This document shows, piece after piece, positions 49,959 through 64,000 of a DNA stretch of 64,000 nucleotides (its first letter is position 1; each line of letters starts with the position of its first letter). Origin of the DNA: Actinomycetota bacterium (GTDB taxonomy: Bacteria; Actinomycetota; AC-67); assembly GCA_036397635.1 (NCBI GenBank), contig DASWIP010000012.1, positions 11,148 to 75,147 on the forward strand. The letters run 5' to 3'. Below the pieces are notes generated by a model. That model saw only the letters and a list, made by a program, of their open reading frames with translations. It did not search any database and was not told the DNA's origin. Position numbers and translations under genes: made by a program.

Positions 49959-50309
49959 TTACTCCCTCTCCTCGACCACGACGGTGATGTGTGTGGTCCG
50001 CTTGCGGATGCGGTACGCGCGGCCCTGCGCGCGCGGCCGCCAGCGCTGCAGCGTGGGCCCTTCGTCGGCCCAGCAGCGCGCGACGAACAGCGACTCGCGA
50101 TCCGAGTTCAACCCGTGCTCGGCATTGGCGACCGCGGCCTCGAGCACCTTGACCACGTCCTCCGCCGCGCCCCGGCGCGAGAACTGCAGCACCCGGCGCG
50201 CCTCGTCGACGTGGAGGCCCCTGATCTGGTTCAGCACGAACCGCGCCTTGTTCGGCGACAGGCGCGCGTACTTCACGCTCGCTCGTGCTTCCTTCGTCGC
50301 GTTCGCCAT
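49959..50309 (-). CDS. rplV: 50S ribosomal protein L22
   Basis: MANATKEARASVKYARLSPNKARFVLNQIRG... Confidence 0.94.
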   Translation of the reverse strand: MANATKEARASVKYARLSPNKARFVLNQIRGLHVDEARRVLQFSRRGAAEDVVKVLEAAVANAEHGLNSDRESLFVARCWADEGPTLQRWRPRAQGRAYRIRKRTTHITVVVEERE

Positions 50310-50311
50310 CG

Positions 50312-50599
50312 TTATCGCACCGTCGTCGCTTTCTCGGCCCTGCCGCCCGCGTGCCCTCGGAACGTCCGCGTGATAGCGAACTCACCGAGCTTGTGCCCCA
50401 CCATCGACTCAGAGACGAAGACGGGGACGTGCTTGCGCCCGTCGTGCACCGCGATCGTCAGCCCCACCATGTCGGGGGTGATCGTCGAGCGCCGCGACCA
50501 GGTCTTGATGACCTTGCGATCCCCGGTGGCCCTCGCGCGCTCCACCTTCTTCTGGAGGTGGTCGTCCACGAAGGGACCCTTCTTCAGACTCCGCGTCAT
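50312..50599 (-). CDS. rpsS: 30S ribosomal protein S19
   Basis: [19 protein letters not shown]... Confidence 0.95.
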   Translation of the reverse strand: MTRSLKKGPFVDDHLQKKVERARATGDRKVIKTWSRRSTITPDMVGLTIAVHDGRKHVPVFVSESMVGHKLGEFAITRTFRGHAGGRAEKATTVR

Positions 50600-50602
50600 C
50601 GA

Positions 50603-51433
50603 CTAGCCTCTCTTCTTCGACTTCCGCCGGCGCACGATGAGCCGGTCGGACGACTTCTTCTTCCGCGTGCGGCCCTCGGGCTTGCCCCACGGACTGACCG
50701 GGTGCCGGCCACCGGAGGCCTTGCCCTCGCCGCCACCCAGCGGGTGATCGACCGGGTTCATGGCGACGCCTCGCGTCTGCGGCCGGCGGCCCTTGTATCG
50801 CGTGCGGCCGGCCTTGCCCCAGTTGATCAGCTCCCATTCGGCGTTGCCGACCTCGCCGACCGTCGCGCGACACCGAGCCTCGACCAGGCGAACCTCGCCC
50901 GACGGCATGCGCAGGTGGGCCATCTTGCCCTCCTTCGCGAGCAGCTGAACGCTGGTCCCCGCCGAGCGCGCGATCTTCGCGCCGCCTCCGGGGCGCAACT
51001 CGACACCGTGCACGACCGTCCCGACCGGGATGTTCTTCAGCGGAAGCGCATTCCCGGGCTTGATATCGACGCCTTCACCCGAGACGACCGAGTCACCCAC
51101 CGCGAGCTTGTCCGGCGCCAGGATGTACCGCTTCTCGCCGTCGGCGTAATGCAGAAGGGCGATGCGGCAGTTACGGTTCGGGTCATACTCGATCGAGAAC
51201 ACCTTCGCCGGGACCCCGTCCTTGTTTCGCCGGAAGTCCACGAGTCGGTAGCGACGCTTGTTGCCACCTCCGCGATGACGCGAGGTGATCCTCCCGTACG
51301 TGTTTCGCCCGCCGGTGCTCTTGATGCTCTTGGTGAGGCGCTTCTCGGGTGTGCGGCGCGTGACCTCCGAGTAGTCGGCCTGGCTCGCGCCACGCCGGCC
51401 CGGCGTCGTTGGTTTGTAGCGTCTGATTCCCAT
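50603..51433 (-). CDS. rplB: 50S ribosomal protein L2
   Basis: [25 protein letters not shown]... The track ORF has a 40-aa spurious extension. Confidence 0.94.
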   Translation of the reverse strand: MGIRRYKPTTPGRRGASQADYSEVTRRTPEKRLTKSIKSTGGRNTYGRITSRHRGGGNKRRYRLVDFRRNKDGVPAKVFSIEYDPNRNCRIALLHYADGEKRYILAPDKLAVGDSVVSGEGVDIKPGNALPLKNIPVGTVVHGVELRPGGGAKIARSAGTSVQLLAKEGKMAHLRMPSGEVRLVEARCRATVGEVGNAEWELINWGKAGRTRYKGRRPQTRGVAMNPVDHPLGGGEGKASGGRHPVSPWGKPEGRTRKKKSSDRLIVRRRKSKKRG

Positions 51434-51435
51434 GG

Positions 51436-51723
51436 TTATCCCGCCTGGAAGATCTCGATGGACTCGCCCTCGGCGAGCGTCACGATGGCTCGCTTCTGGG
51501 CCGCACGCTCGCCCCACGTGTAACGGGTGCGCTTGCGCTTCCCATGCCGCCACAGCGTGTTCACGCGCACGACCTTCACCTCGAAGATCGACTCGACCGC
51601 AGCCTTGATCTCGGGCTTGCTCGCATCGGGATGGACGACGAAGGTGTAGACCCCCGCGTCGAGCGAGCTGTAGCTCTTCTCCGACACGACCGGGGCGAGG
51701 ATCACATCACGAGGATCCTTCAT
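51436..51723 (-). CDS. rplW: 50S ribosomal protein L23
   Basis: [19 protein letters not shown]... Confidence 0.93.
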   Translation of the reverse strand: MKDPRDVILAPVVSEKSYSSLDAGVYTFVVHPDASKPEIKAAVESIFEVKVVRVNTLWRHGKRKRTRYTWGERAAQKRAIVTLAEGESIEIFQAG

Positions 51724-52394
51724 GCGCTCTCACCACCCTTGGCAGACGCTTTGACGCCCGGCATCGCGCTCGCGCGCTCCTGCAGCTTTTCGATCGCGGC
51801 TTTCGTGAACAGGATCCAGTCCCGCGCGAGGATGTCGTACACGTTGATCTGATCGACCGTCAGGAGATGCACGCGCGGCAGATTGCGGAAGGATCGGTCG
51901 ACGCTCTGGTCCAGCTGCTCGACGACCAGGAGGACCTTGCCTTCCCCCAGACCGATCTCGTTGAGCAGCGCGACCGCCTCCTTCGTCTTCGGTGTCTCGA
52001 AGGAGATCGAGTCGATCACCGCCACCTTGTCGTCGCGCGCCCGGTCGGTCAGCGCCGAACGAAGGGCGAGCGCTCGCACCTTCCGGTTGACCTTCTTGTC
52101 GTGGCTGCGGGGGATCGGGCCGAACACGATGCCGCCGCCGGTGTAGTGCGGCGCGCGGATCGAACCCTGGCGCGCGCGACCGGTGCCCTTCTGCCGGTAC
52201 GGTTTCCGGCCGCCGCCGCGCACCTCGCCGCGGGTCTTGGTCTTGTGCGTCCCGCGGCGCCGTGCCGCCATCTGCGCGACCACGACCTGATGCATGACCG
52301 GGACGTTGACCTGAGCGTCAAAGAGCACGGGATCCAGGGGCACCTCACCGATGACCATGCCCGCCTGGGAGCGGAGAGGGACGTTCTCGCTCAC
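51720..52394 (-). CDS. rplD: 50S ribosomal protein L4
   Basis: 224 aa; ...[28 protein letters not shown]... Confidence 0.94.
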   Translation of the reverse strand: MSENVPLRSQAGMVIGEVPLDPVLFDAQVNVPVMHQVVVAQMAARRRGTHKTKTRGEVRGGGRKPYRQKGTGRARQGSIRAPHYTGGGIVFGPIPRSHDKKVNRKVRALALRSALTDRARDDKVAVIDSISFETPKTKEAVALLNEIGLGEGKVLLVVEQLDQSVDRSFRNLPRVHLLTVDQINVYDILARDWILFTKAAIEKLQERASAMPGVKASAKGGESA

Positions 52395-53050
52395 GTCGTC
52401 GCCCCCTTCTTCACCGCGTTGCGGATCATCACGAGCCCGCCGTTCGGGCCGGGAACGCCTCCACGGATCATCAGGAGGTTCCGCTCGAGATCGGACGACA
52501 CGACCTGCTGGGACAGGACCGTGACGCGTTCACTACCCATCCGGCCCGGCCCCTTGGTCCCCGGCCACACGCGCCCGGGCGTGGTCCCGGCTCCGATCGA
52601 CCCGGTCGAGCGGTGCTTGCGTTCAGTACCGTGCGAATCGCGGAGGCCCGAGAAGTTGTGGCGCTTCATCGCCCCGGCGAACCCCTTGCCTTTCGACACC
52701 CCTCGCACGTCCACGTGGTCCCCGGGGGAGAACAGCTCTACGGTGATCGACGATCCGACCTCGAAGTCGCCGGCGTCGTCGGTGCGTATCTCGACCAGAT
52801 GGCGGCTAGGCCGGACGCCGGCCTTGTCGAAGTGACCCTTCCGCGGCTTGCTCAGCCGCTTCTCGGGGATCTCCCCGAAGCCGAGCTGGACCGCGGCGTA
52901 GCCGTCACGTTCGGGCGTGCGTATCTGGGTGACCACGCACGGTCCCGCCTCGATCAAGGTAACCGGCACGGCACGTCCCTCATCATCGAAGATCTGGGTC
53001 ATCCCCAGCTTCGTTCCGAGCAGAGCCTTCACATTCGGCATCGTCTGCAC
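52391..53050 (-). CDS. rplC: 50S ribosomal protein L3
   Basis: 219 aa; ...[33 protein letters not shown]... Confidence 0.94.
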   Translation of the reverse strand: MQTMPNVKALLGTKLGMTQIFDDEGRAVPVTLIEAGPCVVTQIRTPERDGYAAVQLGFGEIPEKRLSKPRKGHFDKAGVRPSRHLVEIRTDDAGDFEVGSSITVELFSPGDHVDVRGVSKGKGFAGAMKRHNFSGLRDSHGTERKHRSTGSIGAGTTPGRVWPGTKGPGRMGSERVTVLSQQVVSSDLERNLLMIRGGVPGPNGGLVMIRNAVKKGATT

Positions 53051-53362
53051 CTATAGCTTGATCTCGATATCCACGCCGGCCGGCAGGTCGAGCCGCATCA
53101 GCGAATCCACGGTCTTGGGCGTGGGATCGAGGATGTCGATCAACCGCTTGTGCGTGCGCATCTCGAAATGCTCACGCGAGTCCTTGTCCTTGTGAGGCGA
53201 GCGGATGACGCAATAGACGGTGCGCTCCGTCGGCAGCGGGACAGGGCCGGCGACCTTCGCCCCCGTACGGGTCGCCGTGTCCACGATCTTGCGCGCGGAC
53301 TGGTCGATGACCTCGTGGTCGTAGGCCTTGAGCCTGATCCGGATCTTCTGTTGCGTCGCCAC
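53051..53362 (-). CDS. rpsJ: 30S ribosomal protein S10
   Basis: (M)[29 protein letters not shown]... GTG start with SD GAGGGG. Confidence 0.93.
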   Translation of the reverse strand: MATQQKIRIRLKAYDHEVIDQSARKIVDTATRTGAKVAGPVPLPTERTVYCVIRSPHKDKDSREHFEMRTHKRLIDILDPTPKTVDSLMRLDLPAGVDIEIKL

Positions 53363-53375
53363 TCGGTTCCCCTCG

Positions 53376-54563
<1,188 letters not shown>

Positions 54564-54601
54564 CGTCTTCCTCCCCTCGAGAGTGAACCCCTCTCGGACC
54601 G

Positions 54602-56749
54602 TTACTCTCCTCGAACCTTTGCGATGATCTCGCGCTGGATGCTCTCCGGCACGCGGTCGTACGAGTGGAACTGCATCGTTGACGTCGCCCGGCCCTGGGT
54701 CTTGGACCGCAGATCCGTGACGTAGCCGAACATCTCTGCCAGCGGGACGCGCGCGCGGATCACCTGCAGGTTGCCGCGCGGCTCCATCCGATCGATCTTG
54801 CCGCGACGCGACGTGATGTCGCCGATGACATCGCCCATGTTCTCTTCCGGCGTCACCACCTCGAGCTCCATCACCGGCTCGAGCAGCGCGGCACCCGCCT
54901 TGCGGGCCGCTTCCTTCACCGCCATCGAACCGGCGATCCGGAAAGCCATCTCCGAGGAGTCCACGTCGTGGTACTTGCCGTCCACCAGCGTGACGCGCAC
55001 GTCGACCATGGGATACCCGGCGAGGACGCCCGACTCCAGCGCCTCCTGCACTCCTTCGTCGACGGCGGGGATGTACTCCTGCGGGATGGTGCCACCTCGG
55101 ATCTTGCTCACGAACTCGAAGCCACCGCCGGGACCGGTCGGCTCGAGGTCGAGCACGACCACCGCGAACTGGCCCTTGCCTCCGGTCTGACGGACGAACC
55201 GTAACTCGTGATCCGAGACCGGCTTGGTGATGGTCTCGCGGTATGCGACCTGAGGCTTGCCGACATTGGCGTCCACTTTGAACTCGCGGCGGAGCCGGTC
55301 GACCAGCACGTCCAGGTGCAGCTCGCCCATCCCCGAGATGACCGTCTGGGCGGTCTCCTCTTCTGTGCGTACCTGGAACGTCGGATCCTCTTCGGCGAGA
55401 GCCGCAAGCGACTTGGACAGCTTCTCCTGGTCGGCCTTGGTCTTCGGCTCGATCGCGATCGAGATGACCGGTACCGGGAACGTCATCGCCTCGAGCACGA
55501 TCGGGTCGGCCGGGCCGCACAGCGTGTCCCCGGTCGTGGTGTGCTTCAGCCCCACCGCGGCAACGATGTCGCCCGCATAGGCGGCTTCCTTGTCCTCGCG
55601 GTGGTTGGCGTGCATCTGCAGGATCCGACCGATGCGCTCTTTACGTTCCTTCGTCGCGTTGAAAACGTGACTGCCGGCCTTGACCATCCCGGAGTACACG
55701 CGGAAGTAGGTCACTTTGCCCACGTAGGGGTCGGCCGCGATCTTGAACGCCAGCGCGCTGAACGGCTGATCGTCGGCGGGCGCGCGCTGAGCCTGCTCGC
55801 CGCCGGGCAGCTTGCCGACGACCGGCATGACGTCAAGCGGTGAGGGCAAGTACTGCACGATCGCGTCGAGCAGCGGTTGCACCCCCTTGTTCTTGAACGC
55901 AGAGCCGCAGAGCACCGGCGTCGCCTTGCCCGACAGCGTCGCGGCGCGCACCGCCTGCCGCAGGTGCTCGGGTGTGGGGTGGGCGCCGCCGACGTAGGCT
56001 TCCATGACCTCTTCGTCGTAGTCGGCGAGTGCCTCGAATAGCTCGTGCCGCCAGTGGTCGACCAGCTCGGCCATGTCCTCGGGGAGCGGCTCGTCGATCC
56101 ACTCCTCGCCCTTGCCACCCTCCGTCCAAACGTGGGCGACCATGGCGATCAGGTCGACGACCCCGCGGAATCCGTCCTCGGCGCCGATCGGCAGCTGGAG
56201 AGGCAAGGGATGCGAATCGAGCCGGTCGCGGATCATGTCCATGGTTCGGTAGAAGTCGGCGCCGATCCGGTCCATCTTGTTCACGAAGCAGATGCGCGGC
56301 ACGCGGTAGCGATCGGCCTGACGCCAGACCGTCTCGGTCTGTGGCTCGACCCCAGCAACGGCATCGAAGACGGCCACGGCGCCGTCGAGCACGCGCAGGC
56401 TCCGTTCCACCTCCACGGTAAAGTCCACGTGGCCGGGCGTATCGATGATGTTGATCCAGTGGTCTTTCCAGTGGCACGTGGTCGCGGCAGATGTGATGGT
56501 GATGCCGCGCTCCTGCTCCTGGACCATCCAGTCCATCACCGCGGTCCCCTCGTGCACCTCGCCGACCTTGTAGGTCTTGCCGGTGTAGTAGAGGATCCGC
56601 TCGGTGGTGGTCGTCTTGCCCGCGTCGATGTGGGCCATGATCCCGATGTTGCGCGTGCGAGCAAGCGGATACTCGCGGATCACGAGTTCCTTCTCCTTGC
56701 CCGTCTTCGTAGCAACAGTCTCTGACATCTTCTCTGCCGGGGAAGCCAT
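54602..56749 (-). CDS. fusA: Elongation factor G
   Basis: [25 protein letters not shown]... (about 700 aa), with an about 20-aa N-terminal extension. A start at the ATG at 56728 is also possible. Confidence 0.95.
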   Translation of the reverse strand: MASPAEKMSETVATKTGKEKELVIREYPLARTRNIGIMAHIDAGKTTTTERILYYTGKTYKVGEVHEGTAVMDWMVQEQERGITITSAATTCHWKDHWINIIDTPGHVDFTVEVERSLRVLDGAVAVFDAVAGVEPQTETVWRQADRYRVPRICFVNKMDRIGADFYRTMDMIRDRLDSHPLPLQLPIGAEDGFRGVVDLIAMVAHVWTEGGKGEEWIDEPLPEDMAELVDHWRHELFEALADYDEEVMEAYVGGAHPTPEHLRQAVRAATLSGKATPVLCGSAFKNKGVQPLLDAIVQYLPSPLDVMPVVGKLPGGEQAQRAPADDQPFSALAFKIAADPYVGKVTYFRVYSGMVKAGSHVFNATKERKERIGRILQMHANHREDKEAAYAGDIVAAVGLKHTTTGDTLCGPADPIVLEAMTFPVPVISIAIEPKTKADQEKLSKSLAALAEEDPTFQVRTEEETAQTVISGMGELHLDVLVDRLRREFKVDANVGKPQVAYRETITKPVSDHELRFVRQTGGKGQFAVVVLDLEPTGPGGGFEFVSKIRGGTIPQEYIPAVDEGVQEALESGVLAGYPMVDVRVTLVDGKYHDVDSSEMAFRIAGSMAVKEAARKAGAALLEPVMELEVVTPEENMGDVIGDITSRRGKIDRMEPRGNLQVIRARVPLAEMFGYVTDLRSKTQGRATSTMQFHSYDRVPESIQREIIAKVRGE

Positions 56750-56756
56750 CGTCTCC

Positions 56757-57227
56757 TTACCAACGGTAGTGTGCGAACGCCTTGTTCGATTCCGCCATCT
56801 TGTGCAGGTCTTCCTTGCGCTTCACGCTGGCACCGGTGTTGTTCAGGGCATCGACCAATTCCGCAGCCAGCCGATCGCTCATCGACTTCTCACGCCGGGA
56901 CCGCGAGTTCTGCACCAACCAACGTAGGGCGAGCGTGACCGCACGCCGCGACGGAACTTCGACCGGGACCTGGTACGTCGCACCGCCGACGCGACGCGAG
57001 CGAACCTCGAGCTGCGGCCGGATGTTGTCGATCGCCTTCTTCAGCCCAGTCACCTGGTCGCTGCCCGTCCGATCCTTGACCACGTCAAGGGCGCTGTAGA
57101 CGATCCGCTCGGCCGTCCCCCGCTTCCCGCGCGCGAGCACCTTGTTGATGAGCTGAGTTATGAGCACGCTGCCGTACACGGGATCAGGCATGATCTCGCG
57201 CTTCGGGATCGGTCCCTTCCTCGGCAT
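56757..57227 (-). CDS. rpsG: 30S ribosomal protein S7
   Basis: [20 protein letters not shown]... Confidence 0.95.
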   Translation of the reverse strand: MPRKGPIPKREIMPDPVYGSVLITQLINKVLARGKRGTAERIVYSALDVVKDRTGSDQVTGLKKAIDNIRPQLEVRSRRVGGATYQVPVEVPSRRAVTLALRWLVQNSRSRREKSMSDRLAAELVDALNNTGASVKRKEDLHKMAESNKAFAHYRW

Positions 57228-57288
57228 GCTCTCTCGTTCTCCTCAGCACAAGCGGGCCCCAGCCGATCGGCCGAGACCCGCGGGTCTC

Positions 57289-57660
57289 CTACTGGTCTTT
57301 CTTGGCTCCGTATTTGGAGCGAGCCTGCTTCCGGTCTCGCACGCCGGCCGTGTCCAGCGCAGCGCGCACGACCTTGTACCGAACGCCGGGCAGATCCTTC
57401 ACCCGGCCGCCCCTGACCAGCACGATCGAATGCTCCTGCAGGTTGTGGCCGACGCCTGGGATGTAGGCGTTCACCTCCGACCCGCCGGTGAGCCGAACGC
57501 GCGCGACCTTCCGCAGCGCGGAGTTCGGTTTCTTGGGCGTCATGGTGAACACGCGGGTGCAGACGCCGCGGCGCTGGGGTGAACCCTTGAGCGCAGGCGT
57601 CTTCGTCTTGGACCGCTTGGTCTTGCGGCCATGACGCACCAGCTGTTGGATCGTCGGCAC
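57289..57660 (-). CDS. rpsL: 30S ribosomal protein S12
   Basis: (M)[36 protein letters not shown]... GTG start with SD AAGGAG. Confidence 0.95.
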   Translation of the reverse strand: MPTIQQLVRHGRKTKRSKTKTPALKGSPQRRGVCTRVFTMTPKKPNSALRKVARVRLTGGSEVNAYIPGVGHNLQEHSIVLVRGGRVKDLPGVRYKVVRAALDTAGVRDRKQARSKYGAKKDQ

Positions 57661-57806
57661 TTCGGTTCTCCTTAGGGGACGTCCCAGGTCCGTCCGATGG
57701 GCGCACTGAGCCCGCGAAAAGGGATGGTTGGCTCATCGCGGACACGTCCAGACCACGCCCTGATCCAGACGCGAGGGCCTAGGCTACCTGGGGAAACACA
57801 GGAGTG

Positions 57807-58622
57807 TCAACGCGGTTCGCGAGCCCCGGCGGAACCGGCGGGTGGGGTCTCGACGCGCGAGCGGACGGCGCGCTCCAGCGCATCCCGCAGCTCTCGTCGT
57901 CCGACCCCGAGTTCATCGAGGATCCCCGCTCCCCAGCCCTCACCGTTTCGGAGCACACCGAGTAGCACATGATGAGGCTCGATGTAGTTGTGTCCGAGCC
58001 CAACGGCTTCCCGCATGGCCAGCTCGAGGACGTGTTTCGCCCGGGGACTGAACGGGATCGGCGGACCTGCCGGCACAGGATGTGTCCCGGCACCGAGGGC
58101 TTGTTCGACCTTGCGCCGCACCCCGGCTGAGGTCAACCCCAGCTCCAGCAGGGTCTGCGTGGAGAGCCAACGGGGCTCAGTGAGCGTCCCGAGAAGCAGA
58201 TGCTCTGTTCCGACCTGTGGATGACCAAGCTCGTGCGCGAGCTCACGAGCGCGGACCACGGCCCGCCGAGCGTCGACGGTGAAGCGCTCGATCCCGGGCT
58301 TCTCCAGGCCAAGCGTGAACTCCGCTACCCTGAGGAGCTGCTCGAGCATCCCATGACGCTTCGAGCCGGCGACGACCTGCAGCCGGCCACCCACATACCG
58401 TTGCTGAGCTGCCTGTTTGGACACGCCGAGCACCTTGCCCACCTCGGCCCAGGAGTGCCCGGCGGCGCGCGCAGCCTGAACGAAATGGTCCACCAGCAGA
58501 TCAGCCAGCGCCGTGAGCCCGGCCCCGCGATCCACCGCCGCGGCGAGTTGGTTCAACGGGCCGCTTTCATCGGCCTCGCGGATGCGGGCGATCAGCTGAT
58601 CCAACGACGGGTCCGCCGCCAT
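57807..58622 (-). CDS. HTH plus tandem Clp_N (Clp R-domain) repeat protein without an AAA+ module (ClpC2-like stand-alone ClpC N-domain homolog)
   Basis: N-terminal HTH-like SWAEVGKVLGVSKQAAQQRY. Two Clp_N repeats: FTVDARRAVVRARELAHELGHPQVGTEHLLLGTL and FSPRAKHVLELAMREAVGLGHNYIEPHHVLLGVL. ATG at 58622. Confidence 0.75.
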   Translation of the reverse strand: MAADPSLDQLIARIREADESGPLNQLAAAVDRGAGLTALADLLVDHFVQAARAAGHSWAEVGKVLGVSKQAAQQRYVGGRLQVVAGSKRHGMLEQLLRVAEFTLGLEKPGIERFTVDARRAVVRARELAHELGHPQVGTEHLLLGTLTEPRWLSTQTLLELGLTSAGVRRKVEQALGAGTHPVPAGPPIPFSPRAKHVLELAMREAVGLGHNYIEPHHVLLGVLRNGEGWGAGILDELGVGRRELRDALERAVRSRVETPPAGSAGAREPR

Positions 58623-58634
58623 GCGTCAATCATG

Positions 58635-58660
58635 CCTTGACGTACCAGGGTACGTCAAGG
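58635..58660. promoter_or_regulatory. Perfect 12-2-12 palindrome CCTTGACGTACC-AG-GGTACGTCAAGG, 13-38 nt upstream of the ClpC2-like start codon (candidate operator)
   Basis: Read directly. Each arm contains TTGAC. A TTGACA hexamer is also at 58666-58671. Confidence 0.6.
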
Positions 58661-58748
58661 ATATCTTGACAGTGGCGACACGCCCTGCGCGCCGGAGATG
58701 GCGATGGCCCCGGGAGGCGCCCCGGGGCCATCGCAAGTGATGGTTCGG

Positions 58749-62669
<3,921 letters not shown>

Positions 62670-62672
62670 TCG

Positions 62673-64000
62673 TTATCCCTCCACGTCCACGCTCGAGGGT
62701 TCGCGGCGGCTCAGGTCGATCCCGAGCTCTTCCGCTGCGCGGAAGATGTCCTCGTCGGAGTCGCGCATCTCGATCTCTTTGCCTTCCGCCGACAGGACGT
62801 CGACGTTCAAGCACAGCGACTGCATCTCCTTGATCAAGACCTTGAAGGATTCGGGGATCCCCGGCTCGGGGATGTTCTCTCCCTTGACGATGGCCTCGTA
62901 GACCTTCACCCGACCCATCACGTCGTCGCTCTTGATCGTCAGTAGCTCCTGGAGGGCGTAGGCGGCGCCATAGGCTTCCAGCGCCCACACCTCCATCTCG
63001 CCGAACCGCTGACCGCCGAACTGCGCCTTCCCCCCCAGCGGTTGCTGGGTGATCATCGAGTACGGGCCGGTGGAGCGGGCGTGGATCTTGTCGTCCACCA
63101 GGTGAGCCAGCTTCAGGATGTAGATGTGGCCGACGGTGACCGGCACCTCGAACGGCTCGCCCGAACGGCCGTCGTAAAGTCGCGCCTTCCCATCCGGACC
63201 CACCAGCCGCACGCCGTCACGGTTCGGGCGGGCGTGCAGGAGGAGATCGGCGATCTCGGTGTCCTTCGCGCCGTCGAAGACCGGCGTCGCGAAGTTGATC
63301 GGCCCCTCGACGTCCCTGTGCGCTTCGGTCCAGCCATGGCCGCGCATCCAGTCGGGTTCCTCGGGGAAGCTCCACCCGACGTGGGCGCACCAGCCAAGAT
63401 GGGCCTCGAGCACCTGCCCGAGGTTCATACGGCTCGGCACGCCGAGCGGGTTGAGGATGATGTCCACCGGAGTCCCATCCTCGAGGAAGGGCATGTCCTC
63501 CTCGGGCAGGATCTTGGCGATCACTCCCTTGTTCCCATGCCGACCGGCGAGCTTGTCGCCTTCGGAGATCTTGCGCTTCTGAGCGCAGTGGACGCGGACC
63601 AGCTCGTTGACGCCGGGCGGCAACTCGTCGCCGAGCTCGCGCGAGAACTTGCGGACGGCGATGACCGTCCCCGACTCCCCGTGGGGAACCTTCAGAGACG
63701 TGTCGCGGACCTCGCGAGCCTTCTCGCCGAAGATCGCGCGCAGGAGCCGCTCCTCGGGGGTCAGCTCGGTCTCACCCTTCGGCGTGACCTTGCCGACCAG
63801 CACGTCGCCGGGCTTGACCTCGGCGCCGATCCGGATGATGCCCTCTTCATCGAGGTCCTTGAGCACCTCGTCGGCGACGTTGGGTATGTCCCGGGTGACC
63901 TCCTCGGGTCCCAGCTTGGTGTCGCGCGCGTCCACTTCGTACTCCTCGATGTGGATCGAGGTGAGCGTGTCTTGCTTGACCAGCCTCTCGGACAGGATGA
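62673..64000 (-). CDS. rpoB: DNA-directed RNA polymerase subunit beta (C-terminal part; the gene continues beyond the window)
   Basis: The C-terminal about 440 aa of rpoB (...[33 protein letters not shown]...), ending TAA at 62673. The frame is open to the window edge. Confidence 0.95.
   Translation of the reverse strand, partial: ILSERLVKQDTLTSIHIEEYEVDARDTKLGPEEVTRDIPNVADEVLKDLDEEGIIRIGAEVKPGDVLVGKVTPKGETELTPEERLLRAIFGEKAREVRDTSLKVPHGESGTVIAVRKFSRELGDELPPGVNELVRVHCAQKRKISEGDKLAGRHGNKGVIAKILPEEDMPFLEDGTPVDIILNPLGVPSRMNLGQVLEAHLGWCAHVGWSFPEEPDWMRGHGWTEAHRDVEGPINFATPVFDGAKDTEIADLLLHARPNRDGVRLVGPDGKARLYDGRSGEPFEVPVTVGHIYILKLAHLVDDKIHARSTGPYSMITQQPLGGKAQFGGQRFGEMEVWALEAYGAAYALQELLTIKSDDVMGRVKVYEAIVKGENIPEPGIPESFKVLIKEMQSLCLNVDVLSAEGKEIEMRDSDEDIFRAAEELGIDLSRREPSSVDVEG

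Noticed and set aside
57676-57685. GGGACGTCCC 10-bp palindrome in the rpsL leader
   Set aside because: Short and GC-rich, so expected by chance at this GC content. It may simply be leader secondary structure. No second copy was noticed.

Overview
This window is a very high-GC (about 70%), Actinobacteria-like chromosomal segment. GTG/TTG starts are frequent, and many adjacent genes are joined by 4-nt GTGA or ATGA start/stop overlaps. Genes run mostly on the minus strand. From about 35.9 kb to the right edge it is the conserved ribosomal-protein supercluster: rpoB (partial), rpoC, rpsL-rpsG-fusA-tuf, the S10, spc and alpha operons through rplQ, then truA and rplM-rpsI. Two departures from the usual layout stand out: infA is absent between map and rpmJ, and an HTH/Clp_N (ClpC2-like) gene is inserted between rpoC and rpsL. 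The middle holds housekeeping genes: glmM, glmS, nnr, alr, tsaE-tsaB-rimI-tsaD, a lone groES with a perfect CIRCE operator and its own terminator but no groEL, a guaB3-like gene, guaA, pcrA, a vapBC toxin-antitoxin pair, and sucCD coupled to a stand-alone B12-binding mutase domain and a fused accD-accA carboxyltransferase. The left 5.5 kb looks accessory: secreted or membrane proteins with calcium-binding TSP3-like repeats, MopE-like Cys/Asp motifs and Gly-rich tracts. The most unusual locus is a tightly packed three-gene cassette at 17.6-21.7 kb: a receiver-only response regulator, a secreted S8 subtilase whose C-terminus is 37 near-perfect tandem pentapeptide units ([S/A/T]ARQW, a 15-bp DNA repeat), and a polytopic PAS histidine kinase. 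Other notable signals are two copies of a 14-10-14 palindrome (GTGTGCGTGTGC-N10-GCACACGCACAC) sitting 3' of guaA and 3' of tsaD/5' of groES, and a perfect 12-2-12 palindrome at the start of the ClpC2-like gene. There is also a 379-bp antisense overlap between a lipase ORF and an mgtC-family gene, and an S3 protein with a long Ala/Pro/Lys-rich tail. I found no rRNA, tRNA, CRISPR array or transposase/integrase signatures.
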